NCBI GenBank assembly: GCA_002269645.1
Contig: NIVC01000944.1
Location: 254,588-318,587 of the forward strand
Length of the DNA stretch: 64,000 nt
Reading direction: 5' to 3'
Origin: Macrostomum lignano
Taxonomy: Eukaryota
The translations under genes and the position numbers were made by a program. The notes under the pieces were generated by a model. That model saw nothing but the letters and a program-made list of their open reading frames with translations. It was not told the DNA's origin and did not search any database. Shown here in pieces: positions 62,101 through 64,000 of the stretch; the stretch's first letter is position 1, and every line of letters begins with the position of its first letter.

Positions 62101-62923
62101 AATTAATGAGAGGACTAAATTTGAAAAATTAGAAAACTTAAAAAATTCTCTTTTTAAATATATATAACTTTTGGCTTATTATGTCTTTGCTTATAATATC
62201 CATGAGTATAAAATAAAAATATATATATTTAAAATGAAATTTTAACATTTATAGGCTTTTCAAAATATCGCTAAGGTTCCTACTATTGGTTGTAAGATAA
62301 TTTAGAGGAAAGTAGATAATCTTTCAGTTTTAGTCTATTAATACCATGGTTAGGAGTAGTCAAAGTAATTCTTTGCTATTGCTCTGGCCTCTGTGTGTAC
62401 CATCTATATGCCAGAACTTTAGGGTCCTACATTTTTGTGTGCAAAACAAGACACATTAAAACAATAATACAGGCATGGTAAGTAGTAAGTAGTATTTGCT
62501 AATAATTGCTTGTATGGTTCTCAATTGTATTAAAAGGTCAATGGCTAATTACATTTAATTTGTATGCAATTCCTAAGTTTCTCATTCAACCACTGTTGTA
62601 GACAAGGCCCAGCGCGAGACTGCGCTCAACTTTCTGCAAGATGCAGCCAACCAGAATCTGGTGAGTTATTGGTGTGTGCAGCCGTGCTAATTATCCTGCC
62701 ATTAGCAGCTGGATAAAACCCCGGTGGGCCTCCCTGTTCTAGGTGCAGTTCCTACGCCAGCTGTCCGAGATCCTGCGCGATGTTAACAACACCACCTTCG
62801 TCAGGATGCAGGCGGCCTGCAGCTCAAGAACCAGCTGTACTCCAAGAATAGCTCAGTCAGGATGCAGCTGGGCAACAGTGGCTCACCATTCCGGAGGCTG
62901 ACAGGAGCTACATTAAAGAGAAT
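59178..62923 (+). CDS. KPNB1: Importin subunit beta-1, 5' part; exons 59178-59217, 62602-62660, 62743-62923; two apparent 1-nt deletions in exon 3
   Basis: MSIVTVLENSLSQ/DKAQRETALNFLQDAANQNL/VQFLRQLSEIL...RMQA(G)LQLKNQL...QQWL aligns without gaps to the importin-beta N-terminus as recalled. The gene continues beyond the recognisable sequence. Confidence 0.85.
61199..61424. mobile_element. hAT-like MITE (226 bp) in KPNB1 intron 1
   Basis: CAGGCGCCACAGAACAG...CTTGTTCCGCAGCGCCTG ends; perfect 8-bp TSD GTCTTGGC (61191-61198, 61425-61432). Confidence 0.82.
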
Positions 62924-63029
62924 GTAAGCTGTCATTCTTAAACTCTATTTGAATTATCTGTTTGTCCATTGTCCTGTTTGATTGGGCACAGCAGCTCAGC
63001 GGTAAACCCATGAGGAAGTTGTCGCACAG

Positions 63030-63200
63030 AGAGTGTACACGCCCGGCTATAAGAAAGTCGGGGCCACTGTACACCCTGATTGAGCGTGAGCGTGTCGTAC
63101 AGCATGAGTGCGTGCCTGCTTACAATATTGTCGCGTTTGTATGTGCTCAGGAGCCAGCGGAATGGAGAATTGCCTCAGCGCTGGAAGTAACCTTGGCGCT
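63030..63200 (+). mobile_element. Diverged SINE body related to the SINE at 25136-25500
   Basis: Shared blocks AGTGTACA.GCC, AAGT..GGGCC.CTGTACAC, TGAGTG.GTGCCTGC.TAC, TGCTCAGG..AG.C.GCGGAATGG. Confidence 0.7.
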
Positions 63201-64000
63201 GAAGTCACCTGTAAAAGATTTTCTAAGAAACGAAAAGCCGAGTATCTGATGTGTAAAATGTAAACCTTGGCGCTGAAGTCACCTGTAAAAGATTTTCTAA
63301 GAAACGAAAAGCCGAGTATCTGATGTGTAAAATGTAAACCCTGGCGCTGAAGTCTCCTGTAAAAGATTTTCTAAGAAACGAAAAGCCGAGTATCTGATGT
63401 TTAAAATGTAAACCTTGGCGCTGAAGTCACATGTAAAATATTTTCTAAGAAACGAAAAGCCGAGTATCTGATGTGTAAAATGTAAACCTTGGCGCTGAAG
63501 TCACCTGTAAAAGATTTTCTAAGAAACGAAAAGCCGAGTATCTGATGTTTAAAATGTAAACCCTGGCGCTGAAGTCACCTGTAAAATATTTTCTAAGAAA
63601 CGAAAAGCCGAGTATCTGATGTGTAAAATGTAAACCTTGGCGCTGAAGTCACCTGTAAAAGATTTTCTAAGAAACGAAAAAGCCGAGTATCTGATGTGTA
63701 AAATGTAAACCCTGGCGCTGAAGTCACCTGTAAAAGATTTTCTAAGAAACGAAAAGCCGAGTATCTTGATGTTTAAAATGTAAACCTTGGCGCTGAAGTC
63801 ACATGTAAAATATTTTCTAAGAAACGAAAGCCGAGTATCTGATGTGTAAAATGTAAACCTTGGCGCTGAAAGTCACCTGTAAAAGATTTTCTAAGAAACG
63901 AAAAGCCGAGTATCTGATGTGTAAAATGTAAACCTTGGCGCTGAAGTCACCTGTAAAAGATTTTCTAAGAAACGAAAAGAGCCGAGTATCTGATGTGTAA
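63189..64000. repeat. 74-bp minisatellite, ~11 copies, running off the window end
   Basis: Unit AACCTTGGCGCTGAAGTCACCTGTAAAAGATTTTCTAAGAAACGAAAAGCCGAGTATCTGATGTGTAAAATGTA; spacing 63191, 63265, 63339. Confidence 0.95.

Noticed and set aside
56100-62580. Short ORFs in AT-rich intronic DNA
   Set aside because: No motifs or codon signal apart from KPNB1 exon 1.
62962-63249. ORF as importin-beta exon 4
   Set aside because: It does not match the expected next importin-beta segment and overlaps SINE-derived sequence.

Overview
Eukaryotic, intron-containing animal genomic DNA. GC-rich exons and introns packed with locus-specific minisatellites suggest a Macrostomum-like flatworm; that assignment is inference and not verified. 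Host genes: a 3-exon class A neuropeptide (NPY/NPF/RFamide-like) GPCR (-), a complete 7-exon mitochondrial EF-G1 (+), a 5'-incomplete lipase of the Staphylococcus/Geobacillus/plant type (+), a multi-LRAT-domain membrane protein (+), glycerate kinase (-), glia maturation factor (-) and the 5' part of importin beta-1 (+). The centre holds an end-intact 13,960-bp Polinton/Maverick (adintovirus-like) endogenous DNA virus at 28123-42082, with about 307-bp TIRs, AGTAGTAGT ends and a 6-bp TSD (GCTGTC). It encodes a PLA2-integrase fusion, putative core proteins, major and minor capsid proteins, an adenain protease, a discoidin-tipped fibre-like protein, a protein-primed PolB whose proofreading motifs look degenerate, and an opposite-strand AEP primase-polymerase/SF3 helicase. 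No packaging ATPase is recognisable, and a deletion scar truncates the major capsid gene. Several element genes carry stops or frameshifts. Other mobile DNA: a piggyBac transposase interrupted by a tRNA-derived SINE, Ty3/Gypsy remnants, three hAT-like MITEs with 8-bp TSDs and a 17-bp-TSD retroposed insert. Many tandem arrays visibly grew from exon-intron junctions, a SINE tail or dispersed repeats. All protein calls come from motif recognition by eye; no database search was run.
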